This document shows, piece after piece, positions 40,637 through 53,149 of a stretch of 64,000 bases of DNA (position 1 is its first letter; the number at the start of each line of letters is the position of its first letter). The notes under the pieces were generated by a model, which saw only the letters and a program-made list of their open reading frames with translations, was not told the DNA's origin and searched no databases. The position numbers were made by a program, and so were the translations under genes. Source of the DNA: Callorhinchus milii. Lineage: Eukaryota. The stretch lies in the NCBI RefSeq assembly GCF_018977255.1, contig NW_024704742.1, positions 18,230,001 to 18,294,000 of the forward strand, given 5' to 3'.

Positions 40637-41346
40637 ATGCTAGGCTTCAAGTTCGACCCCCAATTATCCTTCCTCCCCCACATCTGGTCCCTCACCAGCA
40701 CCGCCTTCTTCCACCTCCGACGCATTAACCGTCTCCGCCAATACTTCACTTCAAAAGCTGCTGAAACTCTGGTCCATGCCTTTGTCACCTCTCGGCTGGA
40801 CTATTCAAACACCCTCCTCGCCGGCCTTCCCTCCAATACCATCCATAAAATCCAGATTATTCAAACTCTGCCGCCGCAGTCTCACTCGCACCAAACTCCA
40901 CTCCCCGATCACCCCAGTCCTTGCCAGACTGCACTGGCTGCCTGTCCCAGAAAGGATTGACTTCAAGATCCACACCCTTGTCTTCAAATCCTTCCATTCC
41001 TCTGCAACCCCCTACCTCTCTGACCTCCTCTCTCTTCAAAACAGTGCCCGTTGCCTTCGTTCCTCTGGGTCTGGCCTCCTCCTTGTCTCCCGAGTCCTCC
41101 GCTCCACCCTCAGCCGTACCTTCAGCCACTATGTCCCGAGGCTCTGGAACTCCCTTCCTCACTCCCTTTGCCTCACCCCCTCTCTCCCTATTTTCAGATC
41201 TCTGCTGAAGACCTTTCTTTTCGACCGTGCCTTTGGTCACCTTCCTCCCCCTCCCCCTGGCTCGGCTCCGGGATCCGTTACTGTGAAGTGCTCTGAGACG
41301 CCGTCCGGTGTGGAGGGCGCTATATAAATCCAAGTTGTTGTTGTTG
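40637..41346 (+). mobile_element. L2 LINE 3' fragment (same subfamily as 24741-25930)
   Basis: [20 protein letters not shown] and LHWLPVPERIDFKI motifs; (GTT)n tail. Confidence 0.92.
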
Positions 41347-41564
41347 TGTTGGCTGAAGGAGAATCCGTTCGTGGAGACAAAGTAGAGACAGTGTGAAAGG
41401 TAGGATTTGAACCAGTCGAAGACAGTCAGCGACAGGACATTTACCCTTAGAGGCAATCAGGGATTCTGTGAAACGTCTCACCCGAACAACAGCAACTCCA
41501 ACAATGCAACTCCCCACCGCCAACCCCCCCACCCCGCCAACTGCATTGTAGTGTCAGCCCAGAC

Positions 41565-41674
41565 CAGTGGTTTGTTTTTATTGATTGAATATTTCTTGAT
41601 TTATGCCACAAATCAAGAAATATTTAACCAAGAAAATGTATTTTGTTGGTTGACCAAAATGTTTGGCCCCACTG
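41565..41674. mobile_element. 110-bp hAT-type MITE
   Basis: Ends CAGTGG...CCACTG; 8-bp target duplication gcccagac/gcctagac; internal 15-bp perfect hairpin. Confidence 0.7.
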
Positions 41675-41942
41675 GCCTAGACTATGTAAGTTCAAATACT
41701 AATGTGGGGCTTGAACCTACAACGTTCTGACTCAGAGGCGAGAGTGCTACCAACTGAGCCAGAATGTCACTATAAATAACACTGGCAGTTCAAAAAGGAT
41801 CCAAAACTCAAACATCAAATTAACACCATCACACTAAAACGATTCTAAGGCAGCATCTATTGCTCTGTTCCTTATGAATTATTAAGAAAAAAAAGCTTTA
41901 GAAAATATTTAAATGCTTTCCAATGTTCTGCGCAGAGCTTAC

Positions 41943-42078
41943 CAGCCATTCCTCATACACTGCCAATGCAGTCTCTTCTTTCTCATATTTTATGTACTCT
42001 TCTTCATGTTTCTTCCTCTGTTCTTCCTGTATCTTTTCCTTCAACTTTCGCTTTATTAGCACTTCTTTTTTTTCACTC
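41943..42078 (-). CDS. MAP9: MAP9-like coding exon (136 nt, phase 2 to 0)
   Basis: gaag|G AGT ... TGGCTG|gtaagc. Encodes SEKKEVLIK...AVYEEWL. Confidence 0.88.
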
Positions 42079-42369
42079 CTTCCATTGTAATAAATCATAG
42101 CAAAACAGTTAAAGCAGTCTAAATACAAAAACAATACCACTAATTCTATTTAGTTTTAGGTTGATTCTCTGTTTCCAATGTTTGCTTACTTTTAGTTCCT
42201 CCTAATCTGTGAACCCGAAAAAGGTTTCCCATTTTCTCTCTCACACTGAGATTTTTTTAACCCGGACACAAAATCAAAGTTGTGCCAAAATAACTTCAAT
42301 AACTTAATAAGCTGTGACAGCTAAGGTAAACAATTCAAATGGTAATAAGTTGCGAATATTTCTTGCAAT

Positions 42370-42750
42370 TAAATTCAAGATCTTTGTCTTCACTTTCCAA
42401 TCCTTCCACGGCCTCGCCCCAACCTACTTCTGTGACCTCCTGTAATCCTATGGATATGGCCGCTCCCTTTGCTCAGCAAACACTAGCGTGCTTCATGTCC
42501 CCTGCCCTATCTGTCTCACAGTCAGTGGTTGGTGTGCGTGAGCTTTTAGTCAAACTGCCCCTGTTATCAGGTTCTCTATGGAGTCCCTCTGACTTGCCCT
42601 TCCCTTCCCACTTTTGAAGCCCACCTCAAAATTGACCTTTTTAACCTCACTTTGTTACTTCCCTCTCTCCACCAGCTTGGGTGCCCTGCCATCTGTGTAA
42701 AGCATTTTGAGATATCTGCCCAATGTGAAAGAAACTATATAAATGTGAAT
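42370..42750 (+). mobile_element. Old L2 3' fragment
   Basis: ttcaagatct..ccacggcctcgcccca and a decayed tail. Confidence 0.7.
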
Positions 42751-43024
42751 TGTATTTTAGTAAACAGTTATAATTATTGCAGAATAATTTGGAGATACTC
42801 TGACATTAATTGCTAAAAAAAATGGATTTAGAAGCTGCACTTACAGCTCACAATGTATACTCCGACATTTTATAATACATAATAATCATCATCTTAACAT
42901 TTGGTGCAGTGCCTTTCACATCGGGAGAACATCCCAAAGCACTTCACAGGATATACTGGAAAGTGCTATAGACAAACCCCACAAGCATGTACTTTAGTTT
43001 TTTAGCAGGAAACAATTTATCTAC

Positions 43025-43170
43025 CATTTTTGAAATGCTGTTAGACTTGCTGTCTTCTTTTCGGATATTTTTTCTTCTTCTTGTTTCTTCTTTTCTATTT
43101 CAATTTGTCTTTGTTTCTTGCATTTTTCCTTCAGATATTCATCTTTTTCTTGTTTCCATTTTTCAAATAC
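43025..43170 (-). CDS. MAP9: MAP9-like coding exon (146 nt, phase 0 to 2)
   Basis: ctttccggtag|GTA ... AAATG|gtag. Encodes VFEKWKQEKDEYLKEK...LTAFQKW. Confidence 0.9.
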
Positions 43171-43419
43171 CTACCGGAAAGGGCAGAGTTTACTCAGTTC
43201 ATTTAATGTTTACCTGACGCAGATACTGTTTACAAAACAGGTACAAACCCCTAATAGGCAAAGACTCCACTCGTGTATTAAAGCAACCACAGTCAACAAA
43301 CAAGAGATATTATCAAGCTGAAAGAAAAGGCTTACACAAATGTGGGGAACATGGTAATGCAGCAGACTGGTAGAGCTATAAAAAGGAATAAAGAGATACA
43401 AAGAAAGTAATAAGAGGTG

Positions 43420-43760
43420 CAAAAAAGGGAACATGACGAGAACTTGCTAGAGATATCAAAGCTAACAGCAAATGTTTTTACAATTAAGAGAAAGAGAGTG
43501 GCAAAGGCAACTGTTAAAGACTGTGATGGACAATAAGTGACGGCAGACTTGTTAAATGAGTACTACGTATCCGTTTTCTCAGTGGAGAAGTAGACTATAA
43601 AGGGAACCTAAAAATAAGTCAAAGGGACAAATTTACTAGATTTAATAGGACTTAAGATAGACAAATCTCCACGACCTGATGGTTTCCATCCCAGGGTATT
43701 AAATAATATAGTTGAGGAAATTGCAGATACATTAGTCGTAATTTTCCAAAGCTCTCCCGC
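43420..43760 (+). mobile_element. Old CR1 ORF2 fragment
   Basis: Degenerate translation LLNEYYVSVF...KIDKSPRPDGFHPRVL...EEIADTLVVIFQSS, homologous to 63300-63545. A CR1-type tail follows at about 44230-44280. Confidence 0.8.
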
Positions 43761-43764
43761 TGAG

Positions 43765-44225
43765 CGGAGGAAGTGAGGGGTTCGTTAAGGTTTTAGAACA
43801 TTACAGAGGTAGGATCGGGCAAAACCATGGAGGGATTTAAAAGCAAGGATGAAGATTTTGAACTCGATCTTCTAGGGAATGGGGAGCCAGTGGAGCCGGG
43901 TGACAATGTGGGTGATAGGTTCACTGAGTCTGGTGCAAAACAAGACATGAGCTGCAGAGTTCTAAATGGTTTGAAGCTTGTGAAGGGAAGAGTAGGAAAG
44001 TCCAGTGAGCAGAGCTGGCGTAGTCAAGCCTGGTTATGATACAAGTAGGGATAAGGGTCTTGGCAGCCTGAGGAAAGAGGTAGCAGTGGAGGTGGACAAT
44101 GTCGCAGAGGTGGGGGAAAGCTGAATGGGTCAAGGCATGGATGTGGGGTTTCAAGGACAGTTGAAAATCGAACAAGACCCTGAGGTTCTGTACTGGCTCC
44201 ATGAGATGGCCAGGAAGGTGGAAGG
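43765..44225 (-). mobile_element. L2 internal fragment
   Basis: AAKTLIPTCIITRLDY motif on the minus strand. Confidence 0.8.
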
Positions 44226-44720
44226 CGAACTAGATGGACCTTGGTCTTTTTTCATCTAGGATTTCTTATGTTCTTATGAGGTGAAGTGTCTACCGGCACC
44301 ATGTAGATTGATGCTGTCAGTGCCTGAGGTGAGAAGGCACTGACAGGAGCCAAGCAGGCTCGAGGGGCTGAATGGTCTATTCCATTGTTCCTGTACTGAC
44401 AACTGAGTATATTTTAACTCCTGCAAAAACACTGCAAGCAGATTTAAACAGACTTGACTTCTCGAATGCCCTGCTCACCATCAACCCAAGCTCTAGCCTC
44501 CACAAGCTCCAGAACTTCCCAATCAGCAAGCTCTCCTGTCTTAGCGCTCCCTCAGCCCATCACCTCCATCCTCAAAAGGGCTCTACTGGCTGCCTATCCC
44601 CCACTGAATCAATTTGGGGTTAGGTACAATCTTCAACAGTATGCAAAGTAATGTTACTGTTCTTCGATTAAATAAAACAGACTTAATAATGAATTAATGA
44701 AATTAAATAAGATTTCGCAC

Positions 44721-44885
44721 TGCCTTCTTTGCTATTTCTCTTCTCTCTTCCTTTTCTGCTGCTTCTTTAATTTTTTTCTGCACTTCCTCTTTCTTTTTTT
44801 TGCAGGTTTCTTTGAGCACGTTTTCCTTTTTCACCATCCAGGCATCAAAGGAAGCCTTGGCTTCTTCTTTGCCTTCAATCTTCTC
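44721..44885 (-). CDS. MAP9: MAP9-like coding exon (phase 0 to 0; 3' end at 44721 or 44724)
   Basis: ctttaaag|GAG. Encodes EKIEGKEEAKASFDAWMVKKE..., matching MAP9 EEALASFEAW. Ends in the tandem donor AAG/GCA/GTG. Confidence 0.9.
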
Positions 44886-45439
44886 CTTTAAAGCAATCGG
44901 CAAATTTAATTTCATACTTCAGTTATCAACAGCATCAAAAAAGGCATACAACAATTATGAATATAGAATAAGATTAATTTTCATGCTGTTTGTTTTTAGA
45001 TAGGGTTTGCTCTGAATCACCATTAGTAATTTTGTAAAGAGTAATTAAAAATTAAATATTCCTAGTGTTTACTGTATACACCTACATACCATCAATTCAA
45101 TTATTTATGTATGTAATAAGTTGAATGATTTTCTTTGTATCTGCTTCACTGTTATAAATTTTCAGTGCTCTTCCCTTACCCTCCTCTGCTAAAAGCACAT
45201 GGGCTATTTATGGTTAGGTTTTCTAATTTCTAAATATTTTAAAAGGAACTTTCAACACAGTTGTATTAAAAACATACATTTTGGATTTTTAAAAGTTGTT
45301 ACATTAAAGAAAGCTCCAATGTCAGGGCTGGGATTACTTCCATAGGTGGTAGCATCCTTCAAAGGCATTGACTATTTTTCATGTGTCTTTATTTTTAAAT
45401 TTACTGTGTACAATTAATTTTCATAATTTTATCTCCACT

Positions 45440-45770
45440 GCCTTTCTGCTCCTGGTCTGGCATCTACTTGCTGGACTATGGTACCTCAGGTACTGATTGC
45501 TCTCTGCTAACATTTTTATTGTGTGAGCCTTGGCAGTGAGTGTCGACAGGCCACTTGATTGTAGAGGACTGAGTTTAACCTCTCCTGATCTGGCAGCCAC
45601 CTAAGAACACAACCAGCCCTGAAGGGGAATCAGGAGCAAACCCTGGCTGTCTTTCCCTTCTCTCACTCTGGGAAGGCTGGAGCCAATTTCACCTTCCCAT
45701 ACCGCCCCTGTAGAGATCAGCAAACCCAGATTGGGATTCGAACCAACGATCCTTTGGTTCATAAGCAACA
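45440..45770 (-). mobile_element. Ancient SINE-like repeat (family not named)
   Basis: B-box-like GGTTCGAATCCC at the minus-strand 5' end. Weaker related pieces lie at about 45890-45985 and 35330-35420. Confidence 0.45.
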
Positions 45771-46320
45771 GCTCCTTCGATTACACAATAGGAACTGCCT
45801 CTCAAGTAAGAATCTTTACCATGACCTATTCAGTCAAGGGCTACCTTGTGTATTCCTGATCATATGCTAATCCAGCATCCCATATGGGCACTTGGAGACT
45901 AATTGTATTGCTTGCTCCCCACCACTGCCCTGGATAAAATCAAATTTGATCCCTACAGATCAGGGATTAGCACAGACCAAAGCCAATACTAGCATTGACA
46001 TTGTAGCTTCCTTTAATGTAACAACTTTTACAAATTCAATAGAAGAGTATTTAATACAACTGGACTGAAAATATTTAAAAATTGGAAAATCTAACCATAA
46101 TTGTTAACATACAATGTGCAGTTGTCTACTGAATTGATCTGAAATTATGATTGTTATGTGTTATGTATAAAATGTTTACAACAGGCATGTTTGTCGCATT
46201 TTGAATCCGAGGAATGGTTGCTTACTACCCTCATAGTGTTTACAGACCGAGAAGTTAAAGTGATTGAAGTTGCCTATTTTGTGAGGTCAAATCAGCAAAA
46301 CCTGAAGATAAAAGGGGAAC

Positions 46321-46410
46321 CTTTTGTTTCTTCTCCTTTTCTTGCTGTTCGTTGAGTCTCTTATTTTTGTGCGCTTCATAAAGTTGCTGTGTTTTCTTTT
46401 GCAGCCACTC
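46321..46410 (-). CDS. MAP9: MAP9-like coding exon (90 nt, phase 0 to 0)
   Basis: tctcacag|GAG ... AAG|gttccc. Encodes EWLQKKTQQLYEAHKNKRLNEQQEKEKKQK. Confidence 0.88.
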
Positions 46411-47151
46411 CTGTGAGACAAAGATGAACACAGCCAAATTACTTACTTGGAATTGCAGGTCCTACACAAAGGCCATGCTTTATAACACATACATTTAAGT
46501 CATCGAACTGTTAGTGGTGTGAATATTGAGTAGGAATTGAGTAGAGATCATGGAAAGTACCCTAAGTGTGTACACAGTGCTGTCTATGCCTTCAATGTGA
46601 TTTATGCTGTCTGAATTCTTGCAATCTCCATCAGGGAAAAGGAGTAGTAGTTGAGACTAAAAAGCTTTCAATATTTATAAATTTAGATTTTTTTAACCTC
46701 TCCTGCTACATTTTTGTACATTTTTTCTTTCAATTTATTTTATAACTCTCTTAAAGTATTTCAAAAATAATTGTGGTTAAATATCCACACCAAGTTGGTT
46801 AATATGTATGAACTAATACTACTTCAAATGAAAAAGCTTGCAAAAGTAGAAAAAAGTACAGATATTTAAAGTTAATAACAGATGCTTACATTCAAACTGA
46901 GAGGAATATTGGTTATTTTGTATACAAGATAGTCAACTGTCACTGAAAATTGCATGCATGGAATTGTATTCCCATCATTTTAAACAACAAACCTCCTTAA
47001 TGTTCCTGAAAGTTTATCCTGTCAGAACTGACATCTATAATTCACTTTTGTACTCTCATATATCAGTTTACCTATTTTACAAATAGCTAAAGCACTTAAT
47101 AACTAAATCTATTTCTCACAATTTTATGTCCAATTTTGTAATGTTGGTCAC

Positions 47152-47325
47152 CTGATAAATGGATGCTCTGATTGTGTCTGCATTTTCAAGGTTAGAAGTC
47201 GCATTTCCTGGAGACATAATATCCAAGATTTTTAATGTTCCTAAGTACCGAGGTTCAGCTGAATTGGGGCGAGACCCTTTCCAACAAAACATCTATTTAA
47301 GATCATTGTTTGAGAACTTAAAGGT
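47152..47325 (-). CDS. MAP9: MAP9-like coding exon with apparent 1-nt frameshift
   Basis: ttttctctcccacag|A ... TATCAG|gtgacc. The 3' part encodes RYLGTLKILD...ADTIRASIYQ, matching the recalled MAP9 YLGTLKVLD...ADNIRAAVYQ. The length of 174 nt does not fit phase 2 to 0. Confidence 0.8.
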
Positions 47326-50300
47326 CTGTGGGAGAGAAAACAAACAAATAATTAAGTAAGGTAAAGATTTGCTCTATGTAATACCTGAATTAACTGTGGT
47401 ACATTATGTAACTAACTAATACATGGAATAAACTATTACTTAAATTCCAGGTTATTCAACTTGAGGCCATAATCATGCAAGACAACATTACAAAATAATT
47501 CTAGGAACTGCATTTGTTGAATTTGAATTTGGATTGATATAATCTTGGATCGCATTTCAACGTGCGCAAATTTAGGATTTTTTCTTGGTCATTTTCCTCT
47601 TCTGTGATCTCATCAAAATGTTTTAATCACAAAAACTGAAGAAAGAAAATAGATTTCGGAAACTACAAGTTAAAAACGTATACCAAGTCCAACAGAATAT
47701 TTTTATTTTAAGTTTATTTTGTTAACTGGAATTCTTTCAAGGGTTCTTTCATCAATGACTTTGTAGCCAAACTGTGACAAAAGTTACATTCCATGTCTCC
47801 ATCCAGTGAACCTTTTATAACAATCACTGAATTCAGCCTGCCAAATCTGAACTGATGTTTTTTTCCCCAATGAATCATCTAACCCAAACTCACTCTTCAT
47901 ACATTTCAATATTCTTCTTCTTCAAGCATCCAATTCTCTTTCAATAAAATGTATGGTCTCCACTTTAACTGTAAAATTACAGTGCAATACCTTCCATTAT
48001 TAAGGACACATTCCTTCTCTAATACATTTAAAAAAAAGTATTTCTTCCAAAAACTGGCTAAAATTTATTTAATCTTTAAGGTATTCTGTGTAAAATAGCT
48101 TTAACTTAGTCTAGCATAATGCTTTTGATATTTGTATTGCTCATACATTTATCTTGTCAATCATGCTCAACTACCCGTGGAATTCTGCAATTCCACTGTT
48201 GCAAACTTCAACATACAATATGGTGCACACATGAGGGAAAAGGGAATAGAGGGGTATACGAAAGGGAATTAGAGGTGAAGGCTCATGTAAACTATAAGCA
48301 CCAGTATTGACTAGTGGAGTAAAATCACCTGATTCTGCGCTGCAGCATATGTAATTCGATGTAATTCCTTCTGTCTGCTGACTATACATTCTTGAATTGG
48401 TTTTCAGAGAAAAAAATAATTACAGCAATTTCTGTGATTGTACTGTTGTCTCAGTGCTTGTGTAAAATTAAACCTTATCTTCCAACTGTTGAATCTAAGT
48501 CAAACTAGTAGTGAGATTAAGACTCATCACCAAAGCCTTTGTTGAAACCAGAGAAAATAAACTTTTGTGCCAGTTTTCATTAATTCAGGAGTATCTTCCT
48601 CCTGTTTGCTTCAAATTATTTTATAATTTGTTCCCTTAAAATATCAATATAATTATTGAATCATATGAATTTCAGGACAGGAGATGCTCATTCAGTCCAT
48701 TGCTACTCTAATCCCAATTCCTTGTGTTTGTACTTTACCCTAATATATCTTTATTCTTGAAGTGTTCCCTTTCAAATAACATAACTGACTGCCTCAATAG
48801 CCACCTCCAATTACTGTGTGTTTGGCAGTTGTTTTCAGATAACACTTGAAAATAAATCATTGCTTGGATGGATTTCACTGGTAAGCACAATGAACCACAA
48901 CAGACAGTGACATACAAACATACCTTGTCCATTAGGGAATTTTCTTTTCAACAATCATCCCTAAAGACTGATTATCTAAAACAATCGTAATGGATGAATG
49001 CCGTTAATTGTAGCATGCATAACATTATTGTATTTGTTGTGGTATAGAAGTATTGATATGGTCAAATAATCAAAGTCAAACAGATGCTGCAACTTAATTC
49101 AGGAATACAGAATGGCAGTGCTGAACAGCTGTCTTCAATGAACACAATAGGTGCAGTTGAATAAAATACAAGCTATCTGTTACCATTATTCTGAAATTTG
49201 TTTAAGGTAATAAAACAGGACTTCAAATATTATAATTTACATTTGCAGACTAAAGAACCATACAAGTTGCTAGGGGACAAGAAAAGACTTTTGTTTGCTG
49301 CTACAATTATAAAATTTAGACTTGGAACCAGTGGATGACATGAATTCAACAACAACAACAACCGTATTTATATAGAACTCTTCACCTGGCATAGCGTCCC
49401 GGAACGAATTGCTGACTGAAACGCAATCTAATCATTTTTAAGGATAGGTGAAGTTTGGAGTTTTCTGGGCACTTGCTTTATGTAATGCATAGTGCGATTT
49501 TGGTCTATTCTTGTTAACTAATAACATATCTCAAGACTACATTGTTTCTGATGGGATGTGAAATAGAAAATCAGCTGAAAATTATGGTTCACCATAAACT
49601 CTCTTCCCCTGGCAGTGATCTCTATTCAGTGGCTCCAACTTCAATAGGCATTTGTACCTAACTTTGTACAACCCCGACCTATGTCTTGCAATTTGTTGTC
49701 TGAAAGAGACCATTCATGATCTTGACTGTTTCAAATGTACAAAATGGTGCAACTGGCTTCTTTCACACAAAAACAAGAATGCCATTGAAAGTTCTGACAC
49801 CCTACATGCAGTATATATGAATCAATCTTAATAGAGCAAGTGGTGAACATGCCAGTATTGCTTCTATTGCTGGCTATCCTTTCTTTCACAGGACATGAAA
49901 CAGAAGTTTCCTGATATTTCAGGCACATTCCTGGGCAACATTTGGAGCCAAGCTACCATTTCTGATTTTAATTCAAGTTTCCAATATGCATTTTCTTCTT
50001 CTAACAATTAGAACGAAAATACTGAGCAAGTTCTATTGAGTATAGTTCTTAAGAGGAAAGCTTTTGGCGACAGTTTATTGGCTTCCATCTGGTGATTCCG
50101 GTTGGATACCACCAACGGAATTCAATCATTTACCCCAGAAGGCGTCATTCACCTGATTGGTAATTTCAATGGCATCACAAGGACTTGATAGGATACAGTA
50201 AAATATAAAGAGAAGTCATGATGTGCTCATTTTCTAGTTGTTCTTTGGCAACATTGTATCATCCATTTGGATAAAGTGCTCTTTGCAATAATAATAATCC

Positions 50301-51329
50301 TTGCATTTGCTATATAATTGCAAGTTGTTTTTGTTGTTGATATCACGCCTTATCACATAATTAAGACTTCTCAAAGCCCTTCACAGAATATATTATCATC
50401 TGTACTCTATTCTGGCCATATTGGATGGAAGGATGAGATCAGATGGACCGAAAAGGCCTTCTTCATCCAAACCAATCTTGTGATCTTGTGAAGGTTAGAG
50501 CTCCAAGACTCTACCCCAAGTGAAAGGCGCTATATAAGTTGTTGTTTAAATCTGTGTCGTTTACTCTGTCTCCATCTAAATCAAATGTCTTACTCACAAC
50601 TACCCAGATTTTTAAAATACTGAAATATGTCTCCCAAATAAAAAAAAATTCTATTGAGAATACTTTCAGTTTTTAGGACCTCTCTTGATAACATAAAGCC
50701 TGAAATCACAGAATCAACCATGTCAGTCTTCTTTGAAACATCCCTTCTGAGCTGTTCCCCTGAGTGCATGGGTGCACCTCTATCTGCCATAGTTCCATAT
50801 AATTCCTTCAGCTTCATCATAATAATCCCTCCAAAATAAAACAATAATAAATTGGTTATTTTCAATCCACGACTGTTTGTGGGACACTGCTGTGAGTAAT
50901 TGGCTGCTGCATTTCGCCCACAAATATACAGTCAATTCACTTTACAGCATATTCTGTGAAGCACTTTGAGAGTCTAGAAACGTGAAAAGTGCTATATCAA
51001 ATGCAAGGATTATTATTATTATTATCTGTCAATATGCATTTGTAATTTCTGCTCTCCTAACTTGAATATACTCCTCTCTATTCCTGTTGATGCATTCATA
51101 CATATGCATTTATATACTGCCCCGCGTGAAGGGTGTCATATAAATGTAAACTGTTGTTGTATATATTTGGCATTTATATATACTGTGAAAATCTGAGGCT
51201 TAAGCACCAGTCCTGATAGACACCATTTGTCATTGCCCCTTCAAATCAGAGTGTGTTCCTTTTATCCAAACTCTTGGCCTCTTGTTTCCCAACCAATTTC
51301 CAAACCGTGAACAAGATTGCGTCCAATTC

Positions 51330-51680
51330 CATATATATATATATAGTTTTAAATAGTAATCCCTTACGTAGCAGCTTTTCAAATGCTTTCTGAAAATCCA
51401 AGTATGTGACATCCATCAATCTTCCTTTATGTCATCTCAGCTGTGCTGTCAAAGAACGCTATTCGGTTAGTCAGATATGATCTATCTTTTACAAAACCTT
51501 TTTGGTTTTCCCTGCTCAGTTCACAGTTATCCAAATGTTGAGTTACACAGTCCCTAATGACGCATTCTTATAATTTTCTCACAACACTTTTTCTCTAAAG
51601 TTAAGGTCACTGGTCTATAGTTTCTTGATTTGTTCTTTCCTCCCTTCCTGAATGATGGCATCACGTTTGCTAGCTTCCCA
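51330..51680 (-). mobile_element. Old CR1 RT fragment
   Basis: Minus strand reads MDVTYLDFQKAFEKL. Confidence 0.75.
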
Positions 51681-51959
51681 TTTTCTCAAATAAAGTCTAA
51701 ATCACTTTAGCTTGCTACCTCTCCAGCTGCCTTTAAAAAACTGTCTCATAGGAACTGCCTTTGTCAAAATTTTTACATTTCAGATTTCTTTGCTCAGTGT
51801 GCACTAATATATTAGTCAACCAACCTCTTTGAGATATTCTTTTGTACAAAATACACTATATAAATGCAAATTGTTTTTATTCACTAGATAGATTTCGCAA
51901 TAAAGAACTGTAAAGAATAAAAGTCCAGCAAAGGGCATTGTGTAAATTGTTTAATTTAC

Positions 51960-52039
51960 CTGTTACGTACTGATTTTTCAAACGATTCTGTCTTTTGTCT
52001 CTTCCCTCCCTGTGGAGTCATGTTAGCTTTGACTTTTTC
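51960..52039 (-). CDS. MAP9: MAP9-like coding exon (phase 0 to 2)
   Basis: ctttcatag|GAA ... AACAG|gtaaat. Encodes EKVKANMTPQGGKRQKTESFEKSVRN. Confidence 0.7.
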
Positions 52040-52818
52040 CTATGAAAGGCAATAATTACAGATTCAATTCCAAAGCAGTTATATGTGTGTACTTCGGGTG
52101 AAATGTTTACCAATAAAGAAATGTAACAGAGTTAGCATAACACTGATTAATAATACAAATTATTAATTGTTCAGCATTAAATCTTTGTTCATCATAAGAC
52201 ATTAGCCTATACCTACACATGTTCCCTGATTTGTGACAAAGGCATTTGTTCTTAGTTCATGATCAATCATTCCTTCAAGTGCTACATAAATGCAAGTTGT
52301 TGTTGTTATTGTTGTAAGCTCTTACTTGAACTGAATTTAGCTCATGCTCAAATCTTACCTTAAAAAAAATGCAGATTCATCCCAAGTGATTGTCTGATCT
52401 CATATGGGCCATTGGAGGTAATAATAATAATCCTTGTATTTGATATAGCGCCTTATCACATCTTCGAGACATCTCAAAGCGCTTCACAGAAAGTGAATTG
52501 ACTGTGCATTTTGTTGGTGAAACATAGCTAGTAATGTAAAAATCTATGGGCATTTGCCCACAAGGAAAAAGCTGAAACACGGAGGTTGAGCCAAAGTGTG
52601 CTACTATAGGCATCTATCTTCAATTGAAATTAAATTAAATCAATTACTTCAATTGAAAGTAAGAAATCCTGTATTTAAACAATCCTGCATGAGCAGAAGC
52701 TGTAAGATATGCAATAATTTAAACACAAATCATAATGGTTTCAGGCATTTAAAAAAGTTATATTGGGTGTTAATTTCTCCAGTACGTTCTTCTATGGAAT
52801 GATGCATGAGCTGGTCAC

Positions 52819-52988
52819 CGTGACTTTAAAAGGCAAAGTCTCCAGACTAACCCCGTTGTTATCTTTTTTCTTCGAGAAATCTTCTGGATCGATGGTTTCT
52901 TGTTCTTCAGTACGTTTAATCAGCTCCATTGGAGTGTAGCTCCTTAGCTCTGAATTACTATTGTCACCATTGTCCGCAAGATCTTCAT
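52819..52988 (-). CDS. MAP9: MAP9-like coding exon (phase 1 to 0)
   Basis: ttttatgcag|AT ... ACG|gtgacc (alternative in-frame donor at 52825). Acidic low-complexity peptide DEDLADNGD...LPFKVT. Confidence 0.7.
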
Positions 52989-53149
52989 CTGCATAAAACA
53001 CAGTTATTCATGGTTATTTTGCAACTTTCCAAGTTAGCGGTTGGCAGAATATGAATCAACATTAGTTTTGCCTCATTTATCTGCTAGGGACCTTACAGCC
53101 CTCTGGCCTCAATATTGATTCAATAATTTCATCCCAAAACAGCTCACCT

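Noticed and set aside
50590..50865. 91-aa ORF in a MAP9-like intron
   Set aside because: It starts in a SINE fragment and has no convincing acceptor or recognisable homology.
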